A model generated the notes under the pieces. It saw only the letters and a program-made list of their open reading frames with translations. It was not told where the DNA came from and made no database searches. Positions 1 through 10,057 of a DNA stretch of 64,000 bases are shown here, one piece after another. A program made the translations under genes and the position numbers. Within the stretch, counting starts at the first letter, position 1; each line of letters starts with the position of its first letter. The DNA comes from an uncultured Gammaproteobacteria bacterium (lineage in GTDB: Bacteria > Patescibacteriota > Microgenomatia > UBA12405). The stretch covers positions 1,327 to 65,326 of the forward strand of contig CAZIHS010000002.1 in the NCBI GenBank assembly GCA_964538765.1. Direction: 5' to 3'.

Positions 1-627
1 TTAATGCCTAAAGATCAGCTGATATTTATATCTAGCTCTGAGCATTCAGTTGTTCCTTACCACTCCAATGAAATTCTTGACCTTTCAAAACTGCCACTAA
101 AATATGTTAATTACTCTCCGTGTTTCCGGCGTGAGGCCGGAGCCTATGGCAAAGACACCCGCGGTCTTTTCAGGGTTCACTTTTTCAATAAAGTTGAGAT
201 GAATGTTTTTACCATTCCCGACATTTCCGTTTCTGACGACATGTGTCTTCAGATGTTGGCCATCGAAGAAGAAATTATGTCCGACCTCGGTTTGCCCTAC
301 CAGGTAGTGAACTGTTGCACTGGAGATTTACCTCAACCCAACCGTCGAATGTATGACATCAACACTTGGTTTCCTGGCCAAAACACCTATCGCGAAACCC
401 AGTCCTGCAGTAACTGCACTGACTACCAATCCCGTCGTTTAAACACCAAAGTTAAGCTTAACGGAGAAAGTAAATTTGTCCACGTTCTTAATGCCACCGT
501 CATCACTGATCGGGCAGTTTTGGCTATCATCGAAAACTATCAGCAAGCGGATGGGTCCGTAAATATACCCCCAGTTTTACAGTCATTAACCGGGTTTGAC
601 ACTATCAAACCGAAACCTAATTTGTAG
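1..627 (+). CDS. serS: Seryl-tRNA synthetase, C-terminal part (5' end lies outside the window)
   Basis: Class II motif 2 CFRREAGAYGKDTRGLFRVH, plus SCSNCTDYQSRRL and IIENYQQADGSV. Frame is open to the window edge. Confidence 0.95.
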   Translation, partial: LMPKDQLIFISSSEHSVVPYHSNEILDLSKLPLKYVNYSPCFRREAGAYGKDTRGLFRVHFFNKVEMNVFTIPDISVSDDMCLQMLAIEEEIMSDLGLPYQVVNCCTGDLPQPNRRMYDINTWFPGQNTYRETQSCSNCTDYQSRRLNTKVKLNGESKFVHVLNATVITDRAVLAIIENYQQADGSVNIPPVLQSLTGFDTIKPKPNL

Positions 628-639
628 AGGAGCCACCTA

Positions 640-690
640 CCCCGATCCCGCCGCCATGGCGGTGGGGTCGGGGCGGTTTGTTACTTTGTT
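640..690 (+). terminator. GC-rich hairpin followed by a T-rich tract; probable intrinsic terminator of serS
   Basis: 640-673 CCCCGATCCCGCCGCCATGGCGGTGGGGTCGGGG is palindromic about 656/657 with two G-U pairs, then GGTTTGTTACTTTGTT. Confidence 0.6.
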
Positions 691-695
691 AAAAT
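687..695 (+). promoter_or_regulatory. Extended -10 (TGnTAAAAT), leaderless-type, for secA
   Basis: TGTTAAAAT ends 6 nt before the GTG at 702; no SD. Confidence 0.65.
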
Positions 696-701
696 TATCT
701 T

Positions 702-3380
702 GTGTTTTCGATAATAAAAAATCTTTTTGACGACAGCAAAAAAGTACTTGCAAAATACCAAAAAATTGTCGACCAGATAAATAAGCTGGAACCATCGGTT
801 GCCAATCTTTCAAACGATCAGCTGGCCGCTAAAACCGATTTTTTTAAACAGGAATTAGCCGACGGAAAAACCCTGGACGACATTCTTCCTCATTCGTTTG
901 CGGTTGTTCGCGAAGCAGTAAAAAGAGTAATTGGCCAACGTGCCTATGACGTCCAGCTACTGGCTGCCATCACCCTCCATTATGGTTCAATTGCCGAGCA
1001 AAAAACCGGCGAAGGCAAAACACATTCCGTTATTTTTCCCGCCTATTTAAACTCTCTTGCCGGAAATGGTGTTCATATTGTTACCCCCAACGACTATCTT
1101 ACCCGGGTCGGTGCCGGCTGGTATCCCCAGGCGTTGTCATTATTAGGTATCAAAACTGCCGCAATTGTTCACGAACAGTCGTTTTTATATGACCCCGATT
1201 ACACTGATGCTACCGAAAAATTCGACAGCCGTTTAACTCATCTTCGGCCCATCAGCCGCCAACAGGCTTATCAGGCCCACATTACTTATGGTACTAACAA
1301 CGAGTTTGGCTTTGATTATCTTCGCGATCACATGGCTCCCAGCCAAAGCCAGGTTGTTCAACGCGGCCATTACTTCGCCATAGTAGACGAAGTAGACTTT
1401 GTGTTGATTGACGAGGCCAGAACTCCTCTCATTATTTCCTCTCCCAACAATCAGCCTACTGATAAATATTATAGTTTTGCCAAAGTTGCCGCCCAGCTAC
1501 AACCAACAGATTACATTATTGATGAAAAGGCCCGCTCTGCCACCTTGTCTGAATACGGTATTAGAAAGGTCGAAAAAATACTTGGTGTTAAAAACCTTTA
1601 TGAAGAATCGTTCGAAACAATTCATTATGTTGAAAATGCCATAAAAGCCATGGCGCTTTTTCATAAAGATAAAGACTATGTTATTAAGGAGGGAGAAATA
1701 ATTATTGTCGACGAATTCACTGGCCGCCTGATGAACGGCCGCCGTTGGTCAGATGGTTTGCATCAGGCAATAGAGGCAAAAGAAAACGTTACCGTTCAAA
1801 AAGAATCCCAAACTTGGGCAACTATCACTTTTCAAAATTACTTCCGCCTCTATCAAAAACTCGCAGGCATGACAGGCACTGCCCTCACTGAAGCGGAAGA
1901 GTTTAGAAAAATTTATCGTCTAGAAGTAGTATCGATTCCTACCCACCGCCCCCTAAAAAGAATAGACACCCACGACCTTATATATAAAAGCCAGCGCTCA
2001 AAATATGCCGCCATTGCCGCCAGTGTGGCTGATCTCCATTCCAAAGGACAGCCGGTTTTAATCGGTACCACCTCGATTGAAAAAAACCAAATTATTTCAT
2101 CATTGTTAACTAAAAAAAATATTCCCCACCAGGTTTTAAACGCAAAAAATCACCGATTTGAGGCGGAAATTATTGCTAAAGCCGGCATGAAGGGTGCGGT
2201 AACGGTTGCCACCAATATGGCCGGAAGGGGAGTCGACATCATCCTTGGAGGTCCAACCGAAAATGTTGACCCTGCGCTTTGGCGCTCTGATCACGAAGAC
2301 GTTGTTGCCCTGGGAGGTCTGTATGTTATTGGTACTGAACGCCACGAGTCCCGCCGCATAGATAACCAACTTCGTGGCCGATCAGGACGTCAGGGTGATC
2401 CCGGTTACAGCAAGTTCTTTATTGCCCTAGACGACGATTTGATGAGAGTTTTTGGAGGAGAAAAAATTGCCGACTTAATGACCCGTTTCAACATGCCAGA
2501 TGATACCCCCTTAACCCACCCCCTGGTTTCAAAGGTGGTTGAGCAAATCCAAATCAAAGTTGAAGGTTATAACTTTGATGTTCGGAAAAATTTGGTTGAA
2601 TACGATGATGTTATCAACAAGCAACGCCAAATAGTCTACTCTCTTCGAGAAAAGATACTAAAAGGTTTTCCTCAGCCTTCAGACAATATAAATTTTGTCA
2701 CCAACTACCTGACCACCGAAGTTGACTATCTGGTTGAACTAAGCAAAGAACAACTCAGTCAGTCATTCGATTTTCAAAAAATGATTCTTGAATTCTGTGA
2801 AATTTTACCTCTCGATAACTCATCACGCGGCCAGCTGGTCTCCAAAATTGAGTCGGCCGAGAATCCAAAACAGCAGTTACTAAACTTACTAGTTGAACAA
2901 TGGCAGCAGCGCCTTGACTATTTCGGTCCTCAGGTTAGCAGCGAGATCCTGGTTTTTGCCGCGATTTCAACCCTAGATCCGTTGTGGGTTGACCACCTTA
3001 CAGCCCTTGATGATCTTCGTGAAGGTGTGCGGCTTCGGGGTTATGCCCAACGCGACCCCCTGATTGAATACCGCAAAGAAGGTTATGATATGTTTCAAAA
3101 ATTAATGCGCCACTTTGAATCAAATTTTGTCAGGAAACTATTTCGGCTCGAACCGGCCACCTCCTCCTCTTCATTGACTCCACAAAATGTTAATGAGATC
3201 CACGGCCCGGCTGAAACTCCTGTTGTCCAACCGACCGCGCCGGCAAACATCGACACGGGCGACTTTCCTCCAGCATTTCAACAGCCGGTTATTTCCGGAC
3301 CAACATTGGGGCGAAACGATCCGTGCTGGTGCGGCTCTGGTAAGAAATGGAAAAAGTGCCACTACCCCGAACTTAACTAG
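702..3380 (+). CDS. secA: Preprotein translocase ATPase SecA
   Basis: KTGEGKT, YGTNNEFGFDYLRD, DEVD..LIDEARTPLIIS, ATNMAGRG, QLRGRSGRQGDPG and C-terminal SEC-C GRNDPCWCGSGKKWKKCH. GTG start. Confidence 0.99.
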   Translation: MFSIIKNLFDDSKKVLAKYQKIVDQINKLEPSVANLSNDQLAAKTDFFKQELADGKTLDDILPHSFAVVREAVKRVIGQRAYDVQLLAAITLHYGSIAEQKTGEGKTHSVIFPAYLNSLAGNGVHIVTPNDYLTRVGAGWYPQALSLLGIKTAAIVHEQSFLYDPDYTDATEKFDSRLTHLRPISRQQAYQAHITYGTNNEFGFDYLRDHMAPSQSQVVQRGHYFAIVDEVDFVLIDEARTPLIISSPNNQPTDKYYSFAKVAAQLQPTDYIIDEKARSATLSEYGIRKVEKILGVKNLYEESFETIHYVENAIKAMALFHKDKDYVIKEGEIIIVDEFTGRLMNGRRWSDGLHQAIEAKENVTVQKESQTWATITFQNYFRLYQKLAGMTGTALTEAEEFRKIYRLEVVSIPTHRPLKRIDTHDLIYKSQRSKYAAIAASVADLHSKGQPVLIGTTSIEKNQIISSLLTKKNIPHQVLNAKNHRFEAEIIAKAGMKGAVTVATNMAGRGVDIILGGPTENVDPALWRSDHEDVVALGGLYVIGTERHESRRIDNQLRGRSGRQGDPGYSKFFIALDDDLMRVFGGEKIADLMTRFNMPDDTPLTHPLVSKVVEQIQIKVEGYNFDVRKNLVEYDDVINKQRQIVYSLREKILKGFPQPSDNINFVTNYLTTEVDYLVELSKEQLSQSFDFQKMILEFCEILPLDNSSRGQLVSKIESAENPKQQLLNLLVEQWQQRLDYFGPQVSSEILVFAAISTLDPLWVDHLTALDDLREGVRLRGYAQRDPLIEYRKEGYDMFQKLMRHFESNFVRKLFRLEPATSSSSLTPQNVNEIHGPAETPVVQPTAPANIDTGDFPPAFQQPVISGPTLGRNDPCWCGSGKKWKKCHYPELN

Positions 3381-3436
3381 TATCAGTTTTTGACACAAAA
3401 ATTTCAGTCGTCCTTCAGTTTTGGCAATTAAATTTA

Positions 3437-3445
3437 TGATAAAGT
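3437..3445 (+). promoter_or_regulatory. Extended -10 (TGnTAAAGT)
   Basis: Ends 8 nt before the in-frame ATG at 3454. Confidence 0.45.
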
Positions 3446-3453
3446 TACTAGTT

Positions 3454-3918
3454 ATGCCAAAACTAACTCACACTTCAATTAAAAAGTTTTTAGCTGACAC
3501 AGCCGTTATGAATTTGGCTGTAATAGGCTCAAAAGGTCCAATTTCTTCGGTAATGATATTTACCCTTGATTCCAACTTTAATTTTTATGGAGCAACTCGC
3601 CGTTCCAGCTTTAAAGCCCTGGCTCTTAAGAATGACAATCGAATTAGTTTTTCTGTTTGGCAGCACCGACAAATGTTGATTCAGGCAAATGGCATCGCCG
3701 AGGAAGTAACCGATCCCAAAGAGGTAAGCTTGATTATTGATAAGCTTATTCGTTCCGTAGATAAAGTTGGCGACTTCTGGCCCCCAATTGTCCGGGCTGG
3801 AGATAAAGACTATGTAATTTATAAAATAGTCCCTTTTTGGATCCGGGCCTTAAACCTTGAAGATCCTAAAGTTGCTTTTACTGAAAATCATTTTTATGAA
3901 ATTAAAATCAAAAAGTGA
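3454..3918 (+). CDS. Pyridoxamine 5'-phosphate oxidase-like (FMN-binding split barrel) protein
   Basis: Pattern MNLAV..GP.SS..IF..FYGATRRSSFK..L..DNRISF..IQANGIAEEV. Start moved to ATG 3454 because of the upstream -10. Confidence 0.65.
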   Translation: MPKLTHTSIKKFLADTAVMNLAVIGSKGPISSVMIFTLDSNFNFYGATRRSSFKALALKNDNRISFSVWQHRQMLIQANGIAEEVTDPKEVSLIIDKLIRSVDKVGDFWPPIVRAGDKDYVIYKIVPFWIRALNLEDPKVAFTENHFYEIKIKK

Positions 3919-4283
3919 AAAAAGTTTTAATCATTGAAGACGATATATTTTTAGTCCGGCTGTACAAGCTAAAGCTGAAAAAAGAAGGCTTTGAAGCAAG
4001 TTATCTAGCGAATACCGATAACCTAATCACCACTGCGGTTCGCGAGTTTCCCGACCTGATTGTTCTGGATTTGGTGTTGTTGCAAAACGACGGCTTTAAA
4101 GTTTTGAAAAGTCTTAAAAATAACCCTTCCACATCGTCAATTCCGGTAATTGTCCTAACTTCGCAAGACAAGCCCTCGTATGCTGCCCGGGCCTTAAAGT
4201 TTGGGGCGGCAAAATATCTTGTCAAATCCAAGGTAAGTTTTAAGGAAGTTATTGATCAGGTTAAATATTTTTCCCAAAAATAG
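3915..4283 (+). CDS. Stand-alone response regulator receiver (CheY-like)
   Basis: KKVLIIEDD, PDLIVLD (phospho-Asp), DGF, IPVIVLTS, GA..YLVK. GTGA overlap with the upstream gene. Confidence 0.9.
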   Translation: MKKVLIIEDDIFLVRLYKLKLKKEGFEASYLANTDNLITTAVREFPDLIVLDLVLLQNDGFKVLKSLKNNPSTSSIPVIVLTSQDKPSYAARALKFGAAKYLVKSKVSFKEVIDQVKYFSQK

Positions 4284-4302
4284 TAGCGCAATACAAATAA
4301 CC

Positions 4303-4704
4303 GTGACCAATCCAACAGACTGTATATTTTGTCAAATAGCCAATCAGGCGGCTCCCTGTCACCAAATCTATCAAGATGAGCTTTTTATTGCATTTCTAAA
4401 CATCAGGCCTCTCGCAAAGGGTCACACTCTCCTGATTCCCAAAATTCACTATCGGTGGATCTACGACCTACCCAATATTGGCAAATATTTTGAGATTGCC
4501 CAGCTGATCGCTTTTTCTCAGCTTAACAAGCTCAAGTGCCAATTTGTTACCTTTCTTACGGTCGGCAGGCAAGTACCTCACGCTCATCTTCACCTTATAC
4601 CCCGCTATCCCAACGATCCCCACCAGGAGGGAATTGACGTTACCAAAGGAACGTCACCGACCAACGAAGAACTTTCTACAATAGCCAACAGTTTGAAACT
4701 ATGA
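4303..4704 (+). CDS. HIT family nucleotide hydrolase
   Basis: DCIFC, GHTLLIPK.H, VPHAHLHLIPR. In-frame GTG at 4303 avoids the overlap. Confidence 0.92.
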   Translation: MTNPTDCIFCQIANQAAPCHQIYQDELFIAFLNIRPLAKGHTLLIPKIHYRWIYDLPNIGKYFEIAQLIAFSQLNKLKCQFVTFLTVGRQVPHAHLHLIPRYPNDPHQEGIDVTKGTSPTNEELSTIANSLKL

Positions 4705-4979
4705 TCGAAAATCAGGAGTTATTATCCGAGCTTCAAAAGATTAACCGTCGCCTTGATATTGTCAACAACCCTTTCAAAAACGCGTTTTACAATCTTATCG
4801 CCGGCTTTTTCCGGGCCATAGGTAATTTAATTGGCACCTTGGTTATCGCCTATATTGTCTATTTCTTTTTATCTCAAATTAACCTTGTAAAACCGGCTTC
4901 CCAGTTTATTGAATCTTTACTCTCCGACGTAAATTGGCAAAAAATAATCCCGACCCCGTCAATATATTCCAATGACTAA
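4701..4979 (+). CDS. Small membrane protein (DUF5665-like)
   Basis: Single long hydrophobic segment NLIAGFFRAIGNLIGTLVIAYIVYFFL; ATGA overlap. Confidence 0.55.
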   Translation: MIENQELLSELQKINRRLDIVNNPFKNAFYNLIAGFFRAIGNLIGTLVIAYIVYFFLSQINLVKPASQFIESLLSDVNWQKIIPTPSIYSND

Positions 4980-4980
4980 G

Positions 4981-6819
4981 CTACCTTTTCTTGGCCAGTC
5001 TTTCCCTTTCCGACTTATCAAGTGTCTTTTTACGCAGCCTGACCTGTTTGGGTGTCACATCAATATACTCGTCGCTGTCAATAAAGTCTAAGCCTTCCTC
5101 AATTGAATATTTTACAGCCGGTGCCAATATTATTGCCTCGTCATTGCCGGCCGACCTCATGTTTGTTAGTTGTTTACCCTTGCATATGTTCATCTCCAAA
5201 TCTCCCTCAATGGGTCTTACTCCAATGATTTGACCTTGGTAAACCTCCTCTGTCGGGTAAACAAAGGTGATTCCTCTTTTTTGTGCCAGGTTTAGGCCAT
5301 ACGACAAAGCCTTTCCTGTTTCCGAAGCAATTAACGCCCCGTTTCTTTTTTTATCAACCTCCTGTCCAAGTGGTTGATAACCGAGGAATAGCATATTAAT
5401 TGAAACCTGTCCTTTGGTTTCAGCCATCAACTTGCTTCTTAAGCCCAAAGCGTTTTTATCGGTAATTCTATAGACAAGTTTTAAACCAAAGTCACCATTT
5501 TCAACAATTTCTTTTAAAACTGCTTTCCTTTTCCCTAATTCAGCGCTAATAACACCTAAATATTGACTGGGGCTTAGTATAACCAACTCACTATACGGTT
5601 CCTCCAGGCCATGCTCGGTTTTTTTTAAAATTACTTCGGGTTTTCCAACTTCAAGTGCATATCCCTCCCTTCTTAGCTTTTCAATCAGTATCGCCAGATG
5701 TAACTCACCCCGCCCCGACACCACCATTCTGATGCTGTCTGTTGTGTCTGCCTCTACTCTTAACCCCAAATCAACTTCAACCTCTTCTAATAACCGGTTC
5801 TTTAATTCTCGGCTTGTTAAAAAACGCCCTTCCTTTTTGGCAAACAAGCTACTATTTGGACCAAAACTGGCTTTGAGTGTTGGTGGGGCAATATCTATTT
5901 CTCTCAATACCGTTTTATCATCGGCCGAACAAATTGTTTGGCCAATTTCGATCTTATCAATTCCGGAAATAAAAACAATTTCCCCGCTTTCAGCGCTTTC
6001 AACTTCTACCTTGCTAACCCCTTCATTAACATACATTTTCTCAACCTTGTAACTTCCAACCTCTTCACCATTTGGTTTTATCAGCCACACCTTATCACCG
6101 GTTTTGATTCTACCCTGATAAATTCTTCCCATCGCCAGCTTACCCAGGAAAGTATTTTTTTCAAAAGCTGAAACCATCATCTTAAACGGTTTATCTACGT
6201 CGACAATCGAGCTGGGAACAAAATCAATTATCGTTTGCAAAAGGGGCGTAATGTCACCGCCAGTTTCAGTGTCAGCCGGCAAGTCTCTAAATGCCACTCC
6301 TTTTCGTCCTATCGAGTACACCACCGGAAATTTTAAGTAATTGACATTTTCGGTCATTGATAAAAACATATCCTCAATTTCAGCCAACACCCTTTTTGGG
6401 TTAGCATCTTTTCGGTCAATTTTGTTTATCACCACCACCACTTTCAATCCATAATCCATCGCCCTTTTTAAAACAAACTTGGTTTGTGACAATGGCCCTT
6501 CAGCAGCGTCAACAATTAGCAGGGCTCCATCGGCCATATTCAAAACCCTTTCCACTTCCCCCCCAAAGTCGGCGTGGCCGGGAGTATCAATTATGTTAAT
6601 TTTTATCTGCTTGTAATACACCGACGTGTTTTTTGCCAATATCGTAATACCCTTTTCTTTTTCAAGCTCGTTACTGTCCATTATTCTTTCCTGACTCATT
6701 TCAACCTGATTATCACGAAAAGTATGGGTTTGCTTAAGCATCGCATCAACTAAGGTGGTTTTGCCATGGTCCACATGGGCAATAACGGCGACATTTCTAA
6801 TATCTGCATAATTTGACAC
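4981..6819 (-). CDS. typA: Translational GTPase TypA/BipA
   Basis: [65 protein letters not shown] at 6819 follows a TATAAT. Confidence 0.98.
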   Translation of the reverse strand: MSNYADIRNVAVIAHVDHGKTTLVDAMLKQTHTFRDNQVEMSQERIMDSNELEKEKGITILAKNTSVYYKQIKINIIDTPGHADFGGEVERVLNMADGALLIVDAAEGPLSQTKFVLKRAMDYGLKVVVVINKIDRKDANPKRVLAEIEDMFLSMTENVNYLKFPVVYSIGRKGVAFRDLPADTETGGDITPLLQTIIDFVPSSIVDVDKPFKMMVSAFEKNTFLGKLAMGRIYQGRIKTGDKVWLIKPNGEEVGSYKVEKMYVNEGVSKVEVESAESGEIVFISGIDKIEIGQTICSADDKTVLREIDIAPPTLKASFGPNSSLFAKKEGRFLTSRELKNRLLEEVEVDLGLRVEADTTDSIRMVVSGRGELHLAILIEKLRREGYALEVGKPEVILKKTEHGLEEPYSELVILSPSQYLGVISAELGKRKAVLKEIVENGDFGLKLVYRITDKNALGLRSKLMAETKGQVSINMLFLGYQPLGQEVDKKRNGALIASETGKALSYGLNLAQKRGITFVYPTEEVYQGQIIGVRPIEGDLEMNICKGKQLTNMRSAGNDEAIILAPAVKYSIEEGLDFIDSDEYIDVTPKQVRLRKKTLDKSERERLAKKR

Positions 6820-6826
6820 GTTGACG

Positions 6827-6857
6827 ATTATACACAAATTTAAAAAATATATGTCAA
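6827..6857 (-). promoter_or_regulatory. typA promoter: TTGACA-19-TATAAT-7-GTG
   Basis: + strand ATTATA 6827-6832 and TGTCAA 6852-6857; the spacer is longer than optimal. Confidence 0.6.
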
Positions 6858-6878
6858 TTTAGGCATAAACAAATAGAG

Positions 6879-6884
6879 TAAAAT
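6879..6884 (+). promoter_or_regulatory. -10 box TAAAAT, leaderless-type
   Basis: Ends 6 nt before ATG 6891. Confidence 0.6.
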
Positions 6885-6890
6885 ATCAAA

Positions 6891-7613
6891 ATGAGACTCT
6901 TTGTTGTATTAACAGCATTAATAGTCCCCACCATTGTCGTTGGCTTTCTTGCCTTCAATCATGTTGATACTTTTCAACCCCCGTCAGTTAAAGATGATTT
7001 GCCCAGTGCTTCGGCAACTCCAACCGCTCACCCAAAAAGGTACCTAATCAGAACAGAGTTTATTCCTCAAGCCCCAGAAAAAAACTGGGAACAGCCATGG
7101 CAGGATGCCTGTGAAGAAGCCGCCATATTAACCGTTTATTATTACTATCAAAACATCAAGCCCAGCCTGCCCGTACTGCTTTCAGACTATCAGGCACTTT
7201 TCAAGGCTGAGGCAGATCATGGCTGGGGCCACGACCTCGACCTAAATAAAATGGCGCAAATCGCCCAGGAGCAATTTAAACTTAAGCCTCTGCTGATTCT
7301 AAATCCAACGGCCGATCTCATAAAAACCCATCTTCTTTCTAATTCTCCGGTAATAATTCCGGCCAATGGCAAAATTCTTTTCCAGGAAAATAAAAATTTT
7401 ACCCACGGGGGTCCTTGGTACCACAATTTGGTTATTCTTGGATTTGACGATGTCCACCAGCAGTTTATTGTTCACGACGTTGGTACCCGCAAAGGTGCTT
7501 ATTACCGCTATTCCTATCAAACTCTAATTGATAGTATTCATGATTTTCCTTCAACCATGATCAAGGAAGACATAAACTCAGGCGCTAAACAGGCATTAGT
7601 TTTGTTAAAATAA
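6891..7613 (+). CDS. Membrane-anchored C39-like (papain-fold) cysteine peptidase
   Basis: N-terminal TM, FIPQAP..QDACEEAA (Cys), YHNLVILGFD (His), FIVHD (Asp). Confidence 0.75.
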   Translation: MRLFVVLTALIVPTIVVGFLAFNHVDTFQPPSVKDDLPSASATPTAHPKRYLIRTEFIPQAPEKNWEQPWQDACEEAAILTVYYYYQNIKPSLPVLLSDYQALFKAEADHGWGHDLDLNKMAQIAQEQFKLKPLLILNPTADLIKTHLLSNSPVIIPANGKILFQENKNFTHGGPWYHNLVILGFDDVHQQFIVHDVGTRKGAYYRYSYQTLIDSIHDFPSTMIKEDINSGAKQALVLLK

Positions 7614-7620
7614 TCCATCC

Positions 7621-8226
7621 ATGAAATTTAAAAGGACATTTCCCCTGTTAGTTATTATATTTTTCTTTTGCGTCGCTTTTTCGGCCTGTAACCTTTTAGG
7701 TAGCCAAACAGCGCCGACATCTGTTCCAACCATGACAAGCCAAATTTCACCTTCTCCAGCGATAACAGTTTCCGACACTCCGGTCTCATCAAATCCGGTT
7801 GTAGCTCTTAATACAAGAAATGGCCAGATAGTTCTCAGGTTGTACTCTGACGTTGCCCCCAAAACAGTAGCCAATTTTATTAAAAAGGCTGATTCCGGAT
7901 TCTACAAAAATCTCACATTTCACCGTGTTATTGATGGTTTTATGGCCCAGGGTGGAGATCCAACTGGCACCGGCTCAGGTGGCGGAAGCCAAAAGTCAGA
8001 GCTCAATAACCGCCCCTTTATAAGAGGATCCATCGGTTTAGCTCGAACGCCTGCCTCAAAAGAAATCAGCAACGACAGTCAATTTTTTATCTGTTTTACC
8101 ACCGAGGGTTGTCAGCACTTAACGGGAGATTACGTAAACTTTGGAGAAGTAATCTCAGGCTTTGAAGCTTTAGACAAAATTAAACAGGGTGATTACATAT
8201 TAGATATAACAAGTAATACAAAATAA
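7621..8226 (+). CDS. Exported cyclophilin-type peptidyl-prolyl isomerase
   Basis: APKTVANF, FHRVIDGFMAQGGDPTGTGSGG, SQFFI, FGEVISG. Signal ends in FSAC, followed by an S/T/P linker. Confidence 0.93.
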   Translation: MKFKRTFPLLVIIFFFCVAFSACNLLGSQTAPTSVPTMTSQISPSPAITVSDTPVSSNPVVALNTRNGQIVLRLYSDVAPKTVANFIKKADSGFYKNLTFHRVIDGFMAQGGDPTGTGSGGGSQKSELNNRPFIRGSIGLARTPASKEISNDSQFFICFTTEGCQHLTGDYVNFGEVISGFEALDKIKQGDYILDITSNTK

Positions 8227-8227
8227 A

Positions 8228-8620
8228 ATGAAAAATCTACTTATCATTGCTCTGGTTCTCATTCTCGTCTCGGGTTTTTACTTTGGATCGCAAAAATTCT
8301 CCCTAAAGTCCGTACCAGAAAGCGAGGCTGATTTAATTCTATTTTGGGGAGACGGTTGTCCCCATTGTGAAGTAGTTAAGGAATATTTTAAAAATAACCA
8401 GATCGATAGTAAATTAAAAATTAGCTATCAGGAGGTTTGGTACAATAAAAAAAATCTTCAAAAACTTCAGGAGACAGTCAAGAATTGCCCTGAAATTAAA
8501 CCTGACCAGGGTATTGGTGTCCCGCTGGCGTGGATAGTAGCCGATAAAAAATGTTTGTCTGGTGACGCTCCTATTCTTGACTATGTCAAACAAAAAATAG
8601 CCACCAGTTCTGGGCAATAA
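8228..8620 (+). CDS. Membrane-anchored thioredoxin/glutaredoxin-fold protein with CPHC motif
   Basis: N-terminal TM, FWGDGCPHCEVV, cis-Pro loop GVP, second Cys pair. Confidence 0.8.
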   Translation: MKNLLIIALVLILVSGFYFGSQKFSLKSVPESEADLILFWGDGCPHCEVVKEYFKNNQIDSKLKISYQEVWYNKKNLQKLQETVKNCPEIKPDQGIGVPLAWIVADKKCLSGDAPILDYVKQKIATSSGQ

Positions 8621-8628
8621 TAATTACT

Positions 8629-8979
8629 GTGAAAAATTCCAAGAATGATTTCCGTTTTACTCTCAACCATCTGGTGCGTATCGCCATCTTTTTTTCTCTA
8701 TTTATCTACCTTATTAATTATTTTAACCACAGATCTGGCAAGGTCGCAATTAAAAACGACATTACCCTAACTCTTGAAGAACAGTCAAAAAAAATAGACT
8801 GGAAAAAAATCATTTCTTTTCTTCCTGACCGCAGCCAGGAATTAATTAATCATGTCTCAACCGATTCTACCCTCTCCTCGGCTGATATATTAAAAAATTT
8901 TCCCCAGTCCCAGATCGAAAAAATTAAGCGCTGGCTGGTTACCTCAATTGCATCGGAAATCTTAAAAAAATACCAATAA
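8629..8979 (+). CDS. Hypothetical single-TM protein
   Basis: Fills the gap between neighbours exactly; [20 protein letters not shown]. Confidence 0.6.
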   Translation: MKNSKNDFRFTLNHLVRIAIFFSLFIYLINYFNHRSGKVAIKNDITLTLEEQSKKIDWKKIISFLPDRSQELINHVSTDSTLSSADILKNFPQSQIEKIKRWLVTSIASEILKKYQ

Positions 8980-8980
8980 T

Positions 8981-10051
8981 ATGAATGTTTCAGACTTATC
9001 AAACACGTTAAACGGTCTTAAGCAAAAACTTGACTACACCAAAAAGCTGAGTTTATTAGATGAGCTGGTTTTGCAGTCAAAAGATCCAAAATTGTGGCAG
9101 GATCAATCAAAAGCAACCAAAATACTACAACAAATTTCTGATTTAAGTTCTCAACTGGAAACTCTCACCAGTTTGGGTCGTGAGCTGTCTACTCTAGCCG
9201 AAATTGAGGAGTTTCTTTCCAAAACGGCCGACCCTTTTCTAAGTCAAAATCTTGTCGATCAGACATTACAGATAGAAAATAAACTTAAACAGTTGGAAAT
9301 ACAAACATATTTATCGCAACCATACGACCAAAATCACGCTTTTTTGTCGATCCACTCCGGTCAGGGCGGTACTGAAGCGATGGATTGGGCCTCAATGCTT
9401 CAACGGATGTATCAAAGATATTTTGAAATAAAAAATTGGCCGTTTTCTTTGCTTGACCTGACACCCGGAGAGGAGGCTGGAATTAAGTCGGTCTATTTCC
9501 AGATAAAAGCACCTTTTGCCTATGGTTATCTGCGGGGTGAACACGGGGTTCACCGGCTGGTCAGACAATCACCTTTTAATGCTGACAACCTTCGTCAAAC
9601 GTCGTTTGCCAAGGTTGAAGTTACCCCCGTATTTGAAAATACTGCCATGGTTGACATCAATCCGCAAGACGTCGAGTTTTCTTCATATCGGGCTGGTGGC
9701 CACGGCGGCCAAAACGTCAATAAGGTAAGCACTGCCGTTCGCCTAACCCATCGTCCCACCGGCATCACTGTCAGTTGTCAAAGTCAAAGGTCTCAAGACC
9801 AAAACCGGCTAATCGCTATGCAGTTGTTACAGTCAAAAATATTTACATTAGAAGAAGAAAAACGTCAAAAACAAAAGAAGGACATAAAAGGGGAGTTGAT
9901 TGTGGCCGGTTGGGGTAGACAGATTCGGTCCTACGTACTTCACCCCTATAAAATGGTTAAAGATCTTCGCACCAGGGTCGAAACAGCAAATGCTTCCTCA
10001 GTTCTTGATGGAAAACTCGAACAGTTTATTATCGCTGAATTAAAGCTATAA
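8981..10051 (+). CDS. prfB: Peptide chain release factor 2 (no programmed frameshift)
   Basis: [19 protein letters not shown] (SPF anticodon), [21 protein letters not shown]; single continuous ORF. Confidence 0.98.
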   Translation: MNVSDLSNTLNGLKQKLDYTKKLSLLDELVLQSKDPKLWQDQSKATKILQQISDLSSQLETLTSLGRELSTLAEIEEFLSKTADPFLSQNLVDQTLQIENKLKQLEIQTYLSQPYDQNHAFLSIHSGQGGTEAMDWASMLQRMYQRYFEIKNWPFSLLDLTPGEEAGIKSVYFQIKAPFAYGYLRGEHGVHRLVRQSPFNADNLRQTSFAKVEVTPVFENTAMVDINPQDVEFSSYRAGGHGGQNVNKVSTAVRLTHRPTGITVSCQSQRSQDQNRLIAMQLLQSKIFTLEEEKRQKQKKDIKGELIVAGWGRQIRSYVLHPYKMVKDLRTRVETANASSVLDGKLEQFIIAELKL

Positions 10052-10057
10052 GACAAA

